From Amoebophrya sp. A120 (taxonomy: Eukaryota > Protista > Dinoflagellata): a stretch of 64,000 nt of DNA. Under the pieces are notes generated by a model. It searched no databases, was not told where the DNA came from, and was given only the letters and a program-made list of their open reading frames with translations. The translations under genes and the position numbers were made by a program. Location of the stretch: assembly GCA_905178155.1 (NCBI GenBank), contig CAJINV010000006.1, positions 2,520,658-2,584,657 on the forward strand. The letters are read 5' to 3'. Shown in pieces: positions 38,122-49,638 of this stretch (position 1 is its first letter; the number at the start of each line of letters is the position of its first letter).

Positions 38122-38748
38122 TCACATCATGCTACTGGGGGGCGGTGGGTTGGGGTAGTTGAAAGAGTACGGTGGCGCTGAGGGCGGTACCTCCCCGAAC
38201 ACGTTCGCGGTCGGCACCCCAACCGGCTCTCCCGTGTAACCAAGCGTCTCGGCAACCACCGCAGCCGCTGCCTGGTCCTTCATCATCTGCTGGTTGTTCG
38301 CCATCGCACTGGCTTGCTTCGCAACCGCCGCGTACTTCGCGGCTTCCGAGGCCGCGCGCTTGACTGCCGCCGTGGAGGAGCGAACCTGGTCAAAAGCCTC
38401 CCGTGCGTACTTGGCCCACTGCATGGCTGCGGCGGCTGGCGGTTCCGGCAGAATGCCGATCCCGGTTCTTGGAATGTCCACGTTCACGTCGACTCTGGAC
38501 CGGGAGGTCCCGCTGAAGGATGTGCTAAGTCTCCTGCCAGTATTCTTCGTCAGGTGCAGCAAATTACAATGTTGACTAGCGCGAGTTGTACTAGGGTTTG
38601 AAGTTCGGGTCTTTTTCGTCGTAGTTGTAAGCTCAGAAAAAATGTTGTGGCCGTACGGATCGTGATCCTGTTCCGTGCTGGTAAAAACGCCGTCGTTGCC
38701 GTCGCCCAGGAGTTTTCCACCGTGCTGCAGAAACGACGCGGCCCTCAT
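38122..38748 (-). CDS. Ala-rich helical hypothetical protein (local paralog family)
   Basis: 208-aa ORF with PPAAAAMQWAKYAREAFDQ...AAAAVVAETLGY; true start may lie upstream. Confidence 0.65.
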   Translation of the reverse strand: MRAASFLQHGGKLLGDGNDGVFTSTEQDHDPYGHNIFSELTTTTKKTRTSNPSTTRASQHCNLLHLTKNTGRRLSTSFSGTSRSRVDVNVDIPRTGIGILPEPPAAAAMQWAKYAREAFDQVRSSTAAVKRAASEAAKYAAVAKQASAMANNQQMMKDQAAAAVVAETLGYTGEPVGVPTANVFGEVPPSAPPYSFNYPNPPPPSSMM

Positions 38749-39791
38749 TGCTCCTCTGCGTCTGCCCGAATCGGTATTACAAATTCACTTCAATGACTGT
38801 ATGACCACAGGAACAGGAGGCACAAGAAGGATATAGTCGAGATTTCTTAGTTTACCCTTACCTGATCATCTTGTCGAAACACATAGCACAAGCCATTGGA
38901 TATCATCATATTAAGTTCAAAAAAACGCGTCTGGACTACGTCCTACTATCGCTACGATTCATGTTTAAAAATCTCCCGTTTCTTCTCCGGAAGCTGATTC
39001 AAGAAGTCGTGGCTTCAGCCCGGTTGTGTACATATTGTTCTTGTTCGTCCGTACGGGACACGTAATTATACCTCGCGCAAGAAGAAGTAGAACCGCTTCA
39101 GTTCAATTAGATTCGATCTCTCCTCCATCACAGACGAACGACGACCGCTCCTGCATATTGAAAGACGCTACGAAATAAAAAAAGACCACGAGGCGTCGTT
39201 GCTGAGTAGTTTCTCAATCTCGAAAGCCAAAGCCTCTCGTCGTGCTTTTATTTTTCCTCTCGGGAGGACGGGATGAAGGCCCCGAAAGTACAACTTTCGC
39301 CCTTGCAGATCGACTCTCGCTTGCTCTTCATTTTCACTTTGCACGAACTCCAAATTTGGAATGAAACCACCTGTCCGAAGCAAAACCACTGCTTTATTTT
39401 TAGTATTGGCAGAGGACGAGAGAACCTCCAGATGCTGTTGAATGAATCTGTTGGCGAAAATAAAGTAAAGCGTCCCCGCGCAGGCGCATTCCCCCGCTCG
39501 TATAAGTAACGCGTCGGTCGGCGGGGGCGCATATTAGTGTCAGCTCAGCAACGAATTTCCGAAATTTGTAGCAAGTGCCTCAGCCCCTTGTAGAAGTGGG
39601 CAACTACATCGTGTTTCAAACAAATGACACAACGATAGAGACATACAGAGACGACGACGAGGCGAAGTATTGTTCCAAGGATGAAGATTCTGCTCTGCTG
39701 CGATCGACGGTCGTCATCAAGTCTGCTCAATTAGTTTACAGCAAAACAGTTTATAATTTTTCACGCGTTGTAGTTGCAAACATTCCTTTAT

Positions 39792-41356
39792 CTAAAGCTG
39801 AAAATTGCTTGGCATCACAACTGGGTAGTTCCGTGCGTATCAAAGTGAAAAAAGCCCCCACCCCATATCGGAAACGGAAGATGCGCGAATTTGTGATGCT
39901 GTATTTGAGTACACAAATCGACTTGTATTGCTAGAAGGCCAAGAGACGAAGCTGCGGCCTAAATTGCAGGTAATCTGTTATGCTGTTTCCCACTTCCAGT
40001 TGCCTCCTGTCATCCTGGAGCTGCAAGGCTTTCCCACGCTAGACAGCACTACAGTCCGCATCTTTTGCCTTCTAGCATCACAAAGCTGATTTGTGACCAC
40101 AAATCTGCATCACAGACTTCCGCTTTGATATGGGGAGGGGGGATTTTTCCTTATGATAGCGCGTATCCCTGCTTCATAGCCACGGTGGCCGTCGCCGCCT
40201 CCTGCGCACTGTGGGCGTGTCAACTGCAACTATGTCTGGGTCTGGAACAAAGCAACTTGTCATGCTAAATCTGAATGATGTAAAAATCCGTGTTGCATCC
40301 TTACCAAAAGCTGTCCACTTTTGACCTAATCGCGAGGCAGTTTCTCATGCAGGATAGGCATGATGGAGCCCTCACAGAATCTGTCATGCTATGTCCTACA
40401 TGCCAGACCTCATGGGTCACGGAAAACCTGCATGACAAGTCTAGCACTCTTCCAGACCCAGACACTTTTGCATTTGATAGGGCCGACACCTGCGCCATCG
40501 TCGCGGCACTGGTCGCGGCTAGCAAGGCGTCGTGCGCCTGCTTTACTTTCTCCTCTCCCCGTAAGTAAGCCGCGTAGGCCGCCCGCGCGGAAGCCGCGGC
40601 TTGGTCCGCGATCTGCTGCGGGTTCGAAGCCTCCTCGGACGTGAGAAAAGAACTGGCCGTTCTGCTGGATCGTCCTGTATGCCTCGCTCAGGTGTTACAA
40701 TCTCAAATCGCTTACCATAGAGCGGTCTGGATTTGGTCTTGCATCGAGAGCATGAGGAACATCTATTCGAGCCTTGCGCTTTTCGCAATACAAATTTTTC
40801 CAGATCCTCGGTGTGTTTGGCACTAGTTTCTGAACTTGTCATACGTACCCGACTGCACCTCATCAAAAACCTTTGCACCGTCGCCGCAAGCAGCTTCGAA
40901 CGCAGGAGATCTAGTCATGCGCAACATTCTTGTGACAAGAGGCAGGACCACGCACTTCTTGCATCACAGAACTCCATATTCTATAGTAACCGATTTGAGA
41001 TTGTAAGACCCGCACAAGGCATATCCTGGTCGGGACAGTTCTTGAGGACAGGGATGTCGTGGAAGCGCGTCGAAAAAATTTTTCGAGCCTCCTGGCGATG
41101 CTGCGCTAAAAAACGGTGAAAAAGCTGGAGTTCTTGCCGTAGTTTCCGAGAGCTTCTGGTCGTGTATCCTCTTCGCCACAGAAGTCCTCCCGGATGACAG
41201 TGTACTCGTATTTGGCAACATCCCGGCAACATCCGAAGACGGTGCGAAAAAGCACGTTGACGCGGCAGGTGTTGCTATTCTAGTGGAGTTTTCTGCGGGA
41301 TGAACGGCCGCAGCAAGGGCGTCGCCATCTAGCACACGACCGTAGTTGAGGACCAT
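39792..41356 (-). CDS. Ala-rich helical hypothetical protein, 4 exons
   Basis: In frame across three elements: ...QAAASARAAYAAYLRGEEKVKQAHDALLAATSAATMAQVSA|HSAQEAATATVAMKQGYA|RNYPVVMPSNFQL*. Confidence 0.68.
39838..40158. mobile_element. Introner-like element, family F
   Basis: Interior nearly identical to 30995-31311; DR gtgcg/gcgcg. Confidence 0.9.
40218..40479. mobile_element. Introner-like element, family A (left end TGT)
   Basis: Family A TIRs; DR gggcg/gggcc. Confidence 0.87.
40678..41023. mobile_element. Introner-like element, family K
   Basis: TATGCCT...TTACAATCTCAAATCG / CGATTTGAGATTGTAA...AGGCATA; DR tcctg. Confidence 0.88.
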
Positions 41357-42016
41357 TTTATTGTTTTTATTCTGCTTTGAATAGATAATGCCACGACAAA
41401 AGTTTGTCGTTCGTGTGCTTTTAACTGCTATTTTTCTTTTCTGGAAAAAACACTTTGGAAACACTTTCTGGAAAAAAAACCTTGGAAAGACTGATCACCA
41501 TTCTCGGTAATAAAACTTCTTTATTCTTTTTCCGGTTGGTATGATGTGTTTTTCTTTGATGCGACGAAAGACTTCACTCCCGAGCGCTTGCAGCTCTTAA
41601 GCTATACAACGAGCTTTCTGGCATACAGAAGTCTTCTTCTATCTTCTCGTGTTCGCTCAGAAGCTGATCTCAAACAACGACACTCACGAAGATTTTGCTT
41701 CTTTTCACGAATCGAAGAAAGCATATAACCGCGAAATCCTCGCAGCAGCTAGCTGTTTTGGCTGTTCTTCATCTTTTCGTTCTCAACACAGCAGGTTACA
41801 CTTCTTTAAAATTCGCAACATTCTTCCTGATTGTTCTTCCTAGTACAACGTGGGGAAATTTTTACAAACGGTGCATTTTATCCTGCTCAGTGATTTTTCC
41901 GGTCGTGCTGGTGGATAAAAATCATCGTCACAGTCACGGTGCTTTTGTGTCGACGTTCAAAATAAAGCACGGTTATTTCTTCAGCAACGAACGACGTTTT
42001 CATCTTTTATCACAGC

Positions 42017-43313
42017 TTAGTGCATATCAAATGCAAATCTGTCTGGGTCTGGAAGAGTGCATGTTTGTCATGCTTGTCTCGCATGACTCTTAAATCTGTC
42101 ACGCACGTTACCAAAGAGCCCAACTTTGCTGTCATGCGGAAACGCAGTTTGTCATGCAGAATAGGCAACAGCTAGAAGCTCAAAAGCTTGTCATGCTGGG
42201 CCAGCACTTGTGGCCTCTTCATGATACGCCAGCCAGCATCACAAGTTTCCAGACCCAGACATTTTTACAATCCATAGTGCAGTCCCTGCGCCTTCGCGAA
42301 ATCCCGCACCTTCTGCAGAACGTCCGCTTTCAGCGAGTCCGGCACGGTGGCCCGGCCCCGTGGTGCGTATGCATTGCAAATATGTCCGGGTGTGGCGGAA
42401 AAGATGTCATGCATATTTTGCATGCCCCATGATGCCTGTAATGCATGGCCTAGCATCACAACTTTTTAGCGGGCTTCATGATGGTGCCTCTCCCGCATGA
42501 GAAATGCCCTCTGCGCGTAGCGCAAATTTTTGGCCTCCTCTTGCTTGCCATGCAATACAGATTTTTTTAGAATCCCAGGACGGCATCACAAGTTGCAACC
42601 TTCGATAAGAACCCAGACAACATATTTGCATTGGATAGTGCGATCTCCGCGACAATGTCCTCAACGGAGATTTTTTCCGCAGCGGTATGGAATGGAAAAA
42701 AGCATCACATCACTCTAGCAGCACTTACAACGCATAGCATGACAAACTTTTTTTTGTAAGTTTAGCATGACAAACTCGACGTGCTGGTTGTGATCCACTC
42801 TGGCAGTACATCAATTCGTCATGCAGATTTTCGCATGACAGGCAATACTTCTGTATTGCAAATTTACATACACAGTGTGGTAGTGATGGCTTTTTGTTCC
42901 TCCCTCCCATACCCCTTCGTCTTGATGTACTCCACCGCATAGGACTTCAAGTCGTCCCGCCAGCCCGTCTATCGAATAGCAAAACTTATCGTACTATTTC
43001 AGGACTCGGTCAACATGGAAGAACTGCATGACAAATTGCTGTGCAAGGTGTTTATCTGCGCAGTGTCTTAGTACACGCTGTTTCCCACGCCTCGTAGACA
43101 CTCGGTTTGTCATGCAGAACTACTGCATGAAATCTAACCCCGTTTTTGCAAGTACGCATCACAAGATGAACAAGTACGAAAGTGCTACTTCGCCACATGG
43201 GATACGCTCTGCACCAGTCTCTCCGCGATGTAGTCGCGCAACCGCTTCGATTCGCCGGTCTGTTCCAACGCTTTGGAGAGCGTCGGCATCTGCTTGCCCG
43301 CTGGGTCAGACAT
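42017..43313 (-). CDS. ENY2: Transcription and mRNA export factor ENY2/Sus1
   Basis: Not in the ORF track as a unit. Spliced product MSDPAGKQMPTLSKALEQTGESKRLRDYIAERLVQSGWRDDLKSYAVEYIKTKGAEKISVEDIVAEIAPRGRATVPDSLKADVLQKVRDFAKAQGLH* matches the ENY2 pattern (GWxDxLK...vtvddLVAEItPkGRAxVPDSvK). Confidence 0.92.
42025..42276. mobile_element. Introner-like element, family A, directly before the ENY2 stop codon
   Basis: Family A TIRs; DR gtgca. Confidence 0.9.
42368..42637. mobile_element. Introner-like element, family A
   Basis: Family A TIRs; DR gtgcg. Confidence 0.88.
42686..42911. mobile_element. Old introner-like element with no recognisable DR
   Basis: TATGGAATGGAAAAAAGCATCAC...GTGATGGCTTTTTGTTCCTCCCTCCCATA; flanks agcgg/cccct. 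Confidence 0.75.
42970..43204. mobile_element. Old introner-like element (C-like ends)
   Basis: TATCG...GGATA; DR ccgtc/cgctc; frame restored (VQS|GWRDD). Confidence 0.75.
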
Positions 43314-44076
43314 TATGATCTTTGGGGAGATTTGATGTGACAGTTAGTCCGCTTACAACAACTTATTTTTAATCTAACTTTTTGCTAAAATTATCCGTCT
43401 CCACAGTCTGAATGAGTCATATACTGCCCCCGAGGTGTAAAGTATACATGGATGTGTACTTTGTTTATTTGGCGCTCTATCATTTTCGCTCCAGACGAGG
43501 CCGCTCCAGAGACAGAGTTTGTACTATGTTTGTGGATAAAGCGATAAAAAACTATTGTATGTTCAGTACGACCGGCACTACTTGTAGAACTCACGCGAAA
43601 GAACAAGTCTATGACGGTGTTTGATGCCAGTCATCCACCTTCTCCCTTCCCTTCCTCTTCACTGTTCGCTCTTATTTCTGCGTCATAAAAGTACATTCGT
43701 AGACAACAGGTCTACTGGTTCATCTGTGATGTGTAAAATTCAGAATAGAAGCCGTTCGCTCCTATTAATCATCTTTCCATTTTCAGTCCAACTTGAATCT
43801 GCAGCTCATCACGATGAGCACTGTAACAATGTTTGACACAGAACAAGAATCAGAGAGCAAGCGCAGCTTTCGATTGCGTCCTAACACTGGTGTCTTCAAG
43901 CCCCCGCCCTGGGGGTTTCATCTTCGAAGATAATCAGTGGAAACCAGCCTGTTCCGCTGGAAAAATTGGACATATTGTATCAGCAACCACAGATTCCTGA
44001 AATCAAGCACCAGTTCAGCACGCAGTTCGCAGAGAAACCAACATCTTACACATTTTTAGGTCCGAAGAGTTGTAAA

Positions 44077-46300
44077 TCACTTTCGCTTTCTTTCACAAAA
44101 AACCTTGGCTCATATCACCATTTTTCGCATCTACTTCCGTCTCGGAATCATTATAGCCGTTATCCTATGTAAAAACGTCCCCACCCCATAGTCAAGATCG
44201 GGACTCGGCTAGACAAATCCACAAGTTTTGGCCGTTTTGCATGACAAATTTGGGCTCGTAGTGTAGTGCTGTTTGAGCTAGCTCAGCAGCATCACAGATC
44301 TACTATATCATGCCGATTGGAGCATGACAAATTCCAGAACACACCTGGAAAATGCTTCTCATGTGGCTCCGCATGAGAAACATTTTCAGCATGCAGATTT
44401 GCATGACAACTCTGGGGTGGGGACGTTTTTACACAGGATAGCCGTTTCTGCTACTTCTCTCGGACCACGACTCCAGTCTGATTGTCCTACGTTCACCTAG
44501 CGTGCTCTGTGTAGAAGTTCGTCCGTGAAGAACTGCTACATCCTCTTCCAGCACTGGAAAAAAAGAGGATCTTTTCGTTCTTCTCCGGGTGTGCAGCAGC
44601 TGCTGTTGTTCCATGTCGTCTTCCTCATCTGACCCGTTTATTTCTTCCTGCTCCCTGGTACCGCTACCGCACTTCTGGTGCCCCTGGTCTACTTCTGCAC
44701 CATCTTCCCGCGACGTACTACTGGCAGTAGAAGTGGTCCCCGCGAGCACCATTATCGCCTCCCCCAGACACCGACTCACCTGCGCGACAACTCCCAGAGG
44801 ACCTGAAGATGTTGAAGACCCGGTAGTAGCACTATGCGTTGTAAATATCGATCTGGATCGAACTGGATTTGTGACGCGAGATTTGAAGGACAACAAGGAC
44901 TTGTGATGCATAAAATTATGCGACTCATTGGCTACAAATTTTTTGTCATGCTGTGAAGCTCAGTTTGTCATGCGGATATTTTTTACCAATGAATCTGCAA
45001 CAAGTCTGTCACAAGCATTTCTGATGCGCTCGTGCCGTATCGAAGCGGCCACTCTGCAAAATGCAAGTGCCCGCAACACAAATACAAATTTCAAGACATT
45101 CCGATCGAAATTTGCGATGCATAGCCGCCCATGCTGGCTGTCGCGGCCGCCACCGCGAACCCGTTGTCCCTTGCGAAACTCGCCGCCGCCGAAGACTCCG
45201 CCGCGAGTTTGGCCTGTTCAGCTTGCGCCGTAGCCGCTGACATTTTTGCGATCAGACTCTGGATCAGGTGGCCGTTCGAAACTAGCTTGTTGTGCGCGGA
45301 CAGTGCTTGTTCGTACGCGTTTTTGACGCCTTGGCTCCACATCATCGTGGCGGTAGCAGGTGGAAGGGACGAACCGCCGCCCGGGATGGCGGCGGGCTGG
45401 TTATTGACAGTTTCTTGTGAAATAAATTTTGGCATGACAAACTACAAACGTTACTTTTGCTGGTTTTAATACTTTTGGTGTGCGACTACATCTGCATGAG
45501 AAAAGTCAAGAAAAAAGAAGTCGAGTATCAAATCTATGTTCTATACGAAGGAAAATTTGTAGGGATCCAACTGCGACATGACGTTGGTGGTATTTTTCGC
45601 GAATTGCTTCTTCCAGGCTCGATCCGCCGAAACCTACTTCCGGTCGTCTTCGGATGGTTCCTGCTCCGGATCTGCTGCGTCTCCGGGTCCGGTCGCGTGT
45701 TTGAGAGGAAGTTGGCTTTCTACTTATCCAATACAACTTCCAGCGGGATTGTTCTTGTGCTGATGTATGGCATATATAAATCGCGGCCCGGCAGCGCCGT
45801 CCTCACCCGAAAGATGTTGAGATGCACCGCAACACGACCAGAGCAGCTTTTTCGAAGAACTCACTTCTGAGATAGCGATGACACGAGCTCGTCGTGTATC
45901 AACTGTAAAAATGTCTGGGTCTGGAAGATTCTGACACTTGTCACGCACGTTTTGCATGAGCCATGATGTCTGTGATGCATACCCTAGCAATACAGATTTT
46001 TTTAGGGCTTCTTGATGCGTATTCCGCATGACAAATGCCTTCTCAGCGTAGCAAACGTTGCATTTCCGTTGGTACTCATGCAATACAAATTTTTTTGGAA
46101 TCCAGATGCAGCATCACAAGTTGCATTCTTCCAGACCCAGACACTTTTACATTTGATATGGTGCAGATGTTGACTAGCGTCGATCGAAGGAGTTGTGGTC
46201 CTCTGGAGTGTGTGAACAAAAGTTGTGGCTCTACAAGACTACTCGGATCTACATGATTGCTGATGCTGGTTGCGTTTCTTAAAGCGAATTGTAGTGTATG
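44077..46300 (-). CDS. Multi-exon hypothetical protein containing the Ala-rich family module
   Basis: Exon 45124-~45430 encodes PPATATMMWSQGVKNAYEQA...AAASFARDNGF; three elements; both ends approximate. Confidence 0.4.
44161..44440. mobile_element. Introner-like element, family B
   Basis: Family B TIRs; DR gccgt. Confidence 0.9.
44833..45123. mobile_element. Introner-like element, family L
   Basis: TATGCGTTGTAAATATCGATC...GATCGAAATTTGCGATGCATA; DR decayed. Confidence 0.7.
45897..46158. mobile_element. Introner-like element, family A
   Basis: Family A TIRs; DR tcgtg/tggtg. Confidence 0.9.
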
Positions 46301-46708
46301 CAGCTCATCTTCACGTCGACTTTATTTAACGATGTGACTCGTCGATCTCAATCTCATGGAAGTAGTAGGTACTGACTTATCAAAAAATAGTACTACTAGT
46401 ACAACTAGAAGTGCGATATTGCTATTCGAAAACCGAGTCGCCTCCGCTCACCAACGGCGTCGATCGAAAGAGTTGTGGTGCACAAGAGTAGAGTCGATCG
46501 AAGGAGTTGTGGTCAGGAGTAGAAAAAAAGTTGCGGCTCTGCCAGACAACGATTATGGTCGTGGGTGTCGTTTTTTGGAGCGAGAAGTTGTTGTATGCTC
46601 ACTTCGATTTCATTTAACGCTTTAACCCGCTCCTCACATGGAAGTGAAAAGTACTAGTGCGATACTATTCGAAAACCGAGTCGCCTCCACTCACCAACGG
46701 CGTCGATT
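46179..46708. repeat. Diverged tandem duplication (46179-46466 and 46493-46708)
   Basis: Both units start GTCGATCGAAGGAGTTGTGGTC and end CTATTCGAAAACCGAGTCGCCTCCrCTCACCAACGGCGTCGAT. Confidence 0.85.
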
Positions 46709-47279
46709 CCTCTAATTCCTGCTCCTCCTGCTGTATCATCGAGAAAATCGGCTGTATCTTCATCGAGATGAGCTTGAAGTAGATCGGCCACTGTATCATT
46801 GAGGATCGGTATCGAAACCCCTACCACGCCGACAAGAAAAAGAATCATTCCTGCGGTTAGACTTTACTTCCCGTACCGCAGCTGCCGGCAGAGCACTACA
46901 TTTCGTACTTGCAGCACCTTGCCGTGTTCATCCACCTCTGAGAGCAGGAATCGCAATACTAAGAAAAGCGACACTTGAGAGACAATGGTGTAGGCACTTA
47001 GTCGGTATTCATCTTTCATAGACTATTTTTCTTCGAAACAGAAACCGCAACTTTCGTTTCGTAGTCGTATTGAGTTCCTGTCCAGTTGAAATAAAACGCT
47101 TTTGAGTAAGTAACAAGTACTATTATTCTTGTTTTAGTCGTGAAAGAACAGTTACAGTGCTGGACGCACTCATATACAACTCGGCTACTACAAAAGTTCG
47201 AGACGGATATAGTATCAGTTTCTTCCACTGAAAAAACCGTTTGCGCTCGACTAACTACACATCGGACCAAAACTTCTTC

Positions 47280-48703
47280 TCACGCTGCCACCGGTGTTGC
47301 CGCCACCGACATTCCCTATGGATTGCAAAAATGTCTGCTGGGTCTGGAAACTTGTAATGCTCAAAGTGAACGATAGACGCACTGCAATACGCAACTACGC
47401 ATGACAAATTTCTTGGCTGCCATGTCTTACGTATTCCGCATGGCGAACTGCGTTTTTGCATGACAGGTAAGAGGGCTTTTTCCTGCCTATGCAACACAGA
47501 TTCTCGAGTCATGCCAGACAAGCATGACAAACCTGCATTCTTCCAGACCCAGAAATTTTTGCATTTGATATTCCCAAATCTTTCGCGACACTCGCAGCGG
47601 CTGCCCGTTGACTCGCCTCCGCCGCGGTTTGGGCGGTCTGGTTCAGCGTCTGTCGTTAATATGAATTGCACATTGATATCGATCTACTTACATACTTGGT
47701 CTGGAAGATGGCAACTCTGAATCTAAGAACTCTCTGTCATGCACAGGCACATCGCAATAAAGACCCCGCTGGTGTCCATGCAAAAACGGGGTTTGCCATG
47801 CGGGGTAGAGAACGAACACCTAGCAGCTCGAAAATTTGTCATGCTGCAGGCTGCGTATCGTAAAAATGCTACTACCCAAGTTCGTACCATCACCATGCAC
47901 AGATTTGCATGACAACTTTCTCATCCTGACGAAAAAACACATATGTACCTGCAGTTTCGCCATGTTGCTGCTGCTCATCTGCTCCAACGTGCTTTGCTCT
48001 GCCGCAATTTTCTGTGCCTGTTGCTGCGCGTCCGCTGCGATCACGGCCCACTTTCTCGCCGCCGCTTCGGGAGGCATGTTTGCCGACGGATAGGTTTCCG
48101 GAAACCGGAGGAAGGCGGTTGAGGCTCTGGTGGAAGTAGCTCGGGTGTGGCTTCCTGTAGTTCTGCCGTTCTTTTGGGGGACGTAGAACGGCTGTGAAGT
48201 TGTAGTAGAAGATGCGAAAAACGAGGTGAAAGAGGAAGAGGTGCTAGTACTAGATCTGCATCTGCTTGTTCCACCCACACCTGTCCATATCATCGCACTT
48301 TCTCCATGTAGATTTCCTGCTCCGCCGTGACAACTGCTGCCACTCGTTCTCGTTGTAGTTGTTCCCAGCATGACTTTTCCCGCAGGTGGGTAAAGCTGCT
48401 CTGACAAATGGCGAGAGCATCCTACTGGGGTGCAGTCGGGCTGGTGGCCCGATGCGTCGTCGAGAAAAGTGCCGAGAAGGTTGCGTATCAAAAGAAAAAA
48501 GTTCTTCACGATCACTCATGGGCATTTTTGCAATACAAAAAATGCCTGTCATGCGTAAAGATGCATCGCAGCCAAACAGCATACGGGATTTCCCTTAGTG
48601 TTTCTGCAATACAAGGAAAAGCTATGATGCTAAAAAATTTGTAATGCAAAACCCCCAAGATAGTGACTGTGACAAACTTTTTTCTCTCCATATTGCGCAA
48701 CAT
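47280..48703 (-). CDS. Ala-rich helical hypothetical protein (local paralog family)
   Basis: MLR|NLLGTF...PPEAAARKWAVIAADAQQQA...AAAASVAKDLG|MSVAATPVAA*; a degenerate intron at ~47660-47945 has uncertain edges. Confidence 0.6.
47317..47570. mobile_element. Introner-like element, family A
   Basis: Family A TIRs; DR ttccc. Confidence 0.9.
48486..48692. mobile_element. Introner-like element, family M (D/E-like)
   Basis: TATCAAAAGAAAAAAGTT...AACTTTTTTCTCTCCATA; DR ttgcg. Confidence 0.85.
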
Positions 48704-49638
48704 AGTTGTATTTTTGACAGTGCTAGTTTAGAGGCACTCCTCTTGGAGATTGAGGTTTGTTCAGATACTCATAGCATACTTACACGCACGATAAAAAGAA
48801 CCATTGATAAAACGCGAGGGACAAAGCGCCGTTAGGGTTCCACCAATAGATCATGTTGAAATTGATCGGTATCTTGATTTGCGTTTGATTTTCTTCGCCG
48901 GCTTCTGCTTTTACTAGTGTTCTTCGCAAAAGACGACTGCATCGATGATCGAGTTGTGTTCATTCGAGATGTAAAACAGAAACCGTAGCGAGTGCTTGCT
49001 CTCGTCGCTTTTCAACGCTCAAAATGCAGTCGCTCTCGTCGCGAAAGTGTCCGTGAAAATTATAACGAGAACCACGAACATGTTGCTCTTTTACACCACG
49101 ATCATCTTCCTTTGACACGATAACGACTACGAGAAATAAGACTCGACGATGCGCGAATTAACATACCGCGAAAGTGCAGCAATTTGAACAACCGCAGTAC
49201 AGCTTTGGAACAGATGAAAGACGAAGTAGATGTAGAGCCTGGAGATGAATCATCTAACAGAAGGAGAAAACGCCGATCCTTTGTCGTGTCATCTCAGTGT
49301 GCCGTGGGGTAGAGAGAGGAAAATTGAAAATGCTATATCTTTCGTAGCAATTATACTTTTGTACTACGGAGCTTAAAAAAGTAGAAGTGCGAAAGATTTC
49401 TTGTTTCTAGCATCTTTTGTTACTACTCTCTGCCAGAAGTCGTGGTTAAAAAAAATATAGTTGCGAGTCAATACCGGGAAGATCCTAGGCCTACTTTCAA
49501 AAACCATTTGATGCTGTTTTTAGGGTTTAAAAGGTTGAGTGTAAACTAACTAAAGTACAACATCATACGCCGATGACAGTCCTTCAACCAGCCTCGCTTT
49601 CTTCGAAATTGAAGACTAATCTACTACTGCGCAGCTGT

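Noticed and set aside
49518-49530. TTTAGGGTTTA telomere-like word
   Set aside because: Single unit, not a tandem array
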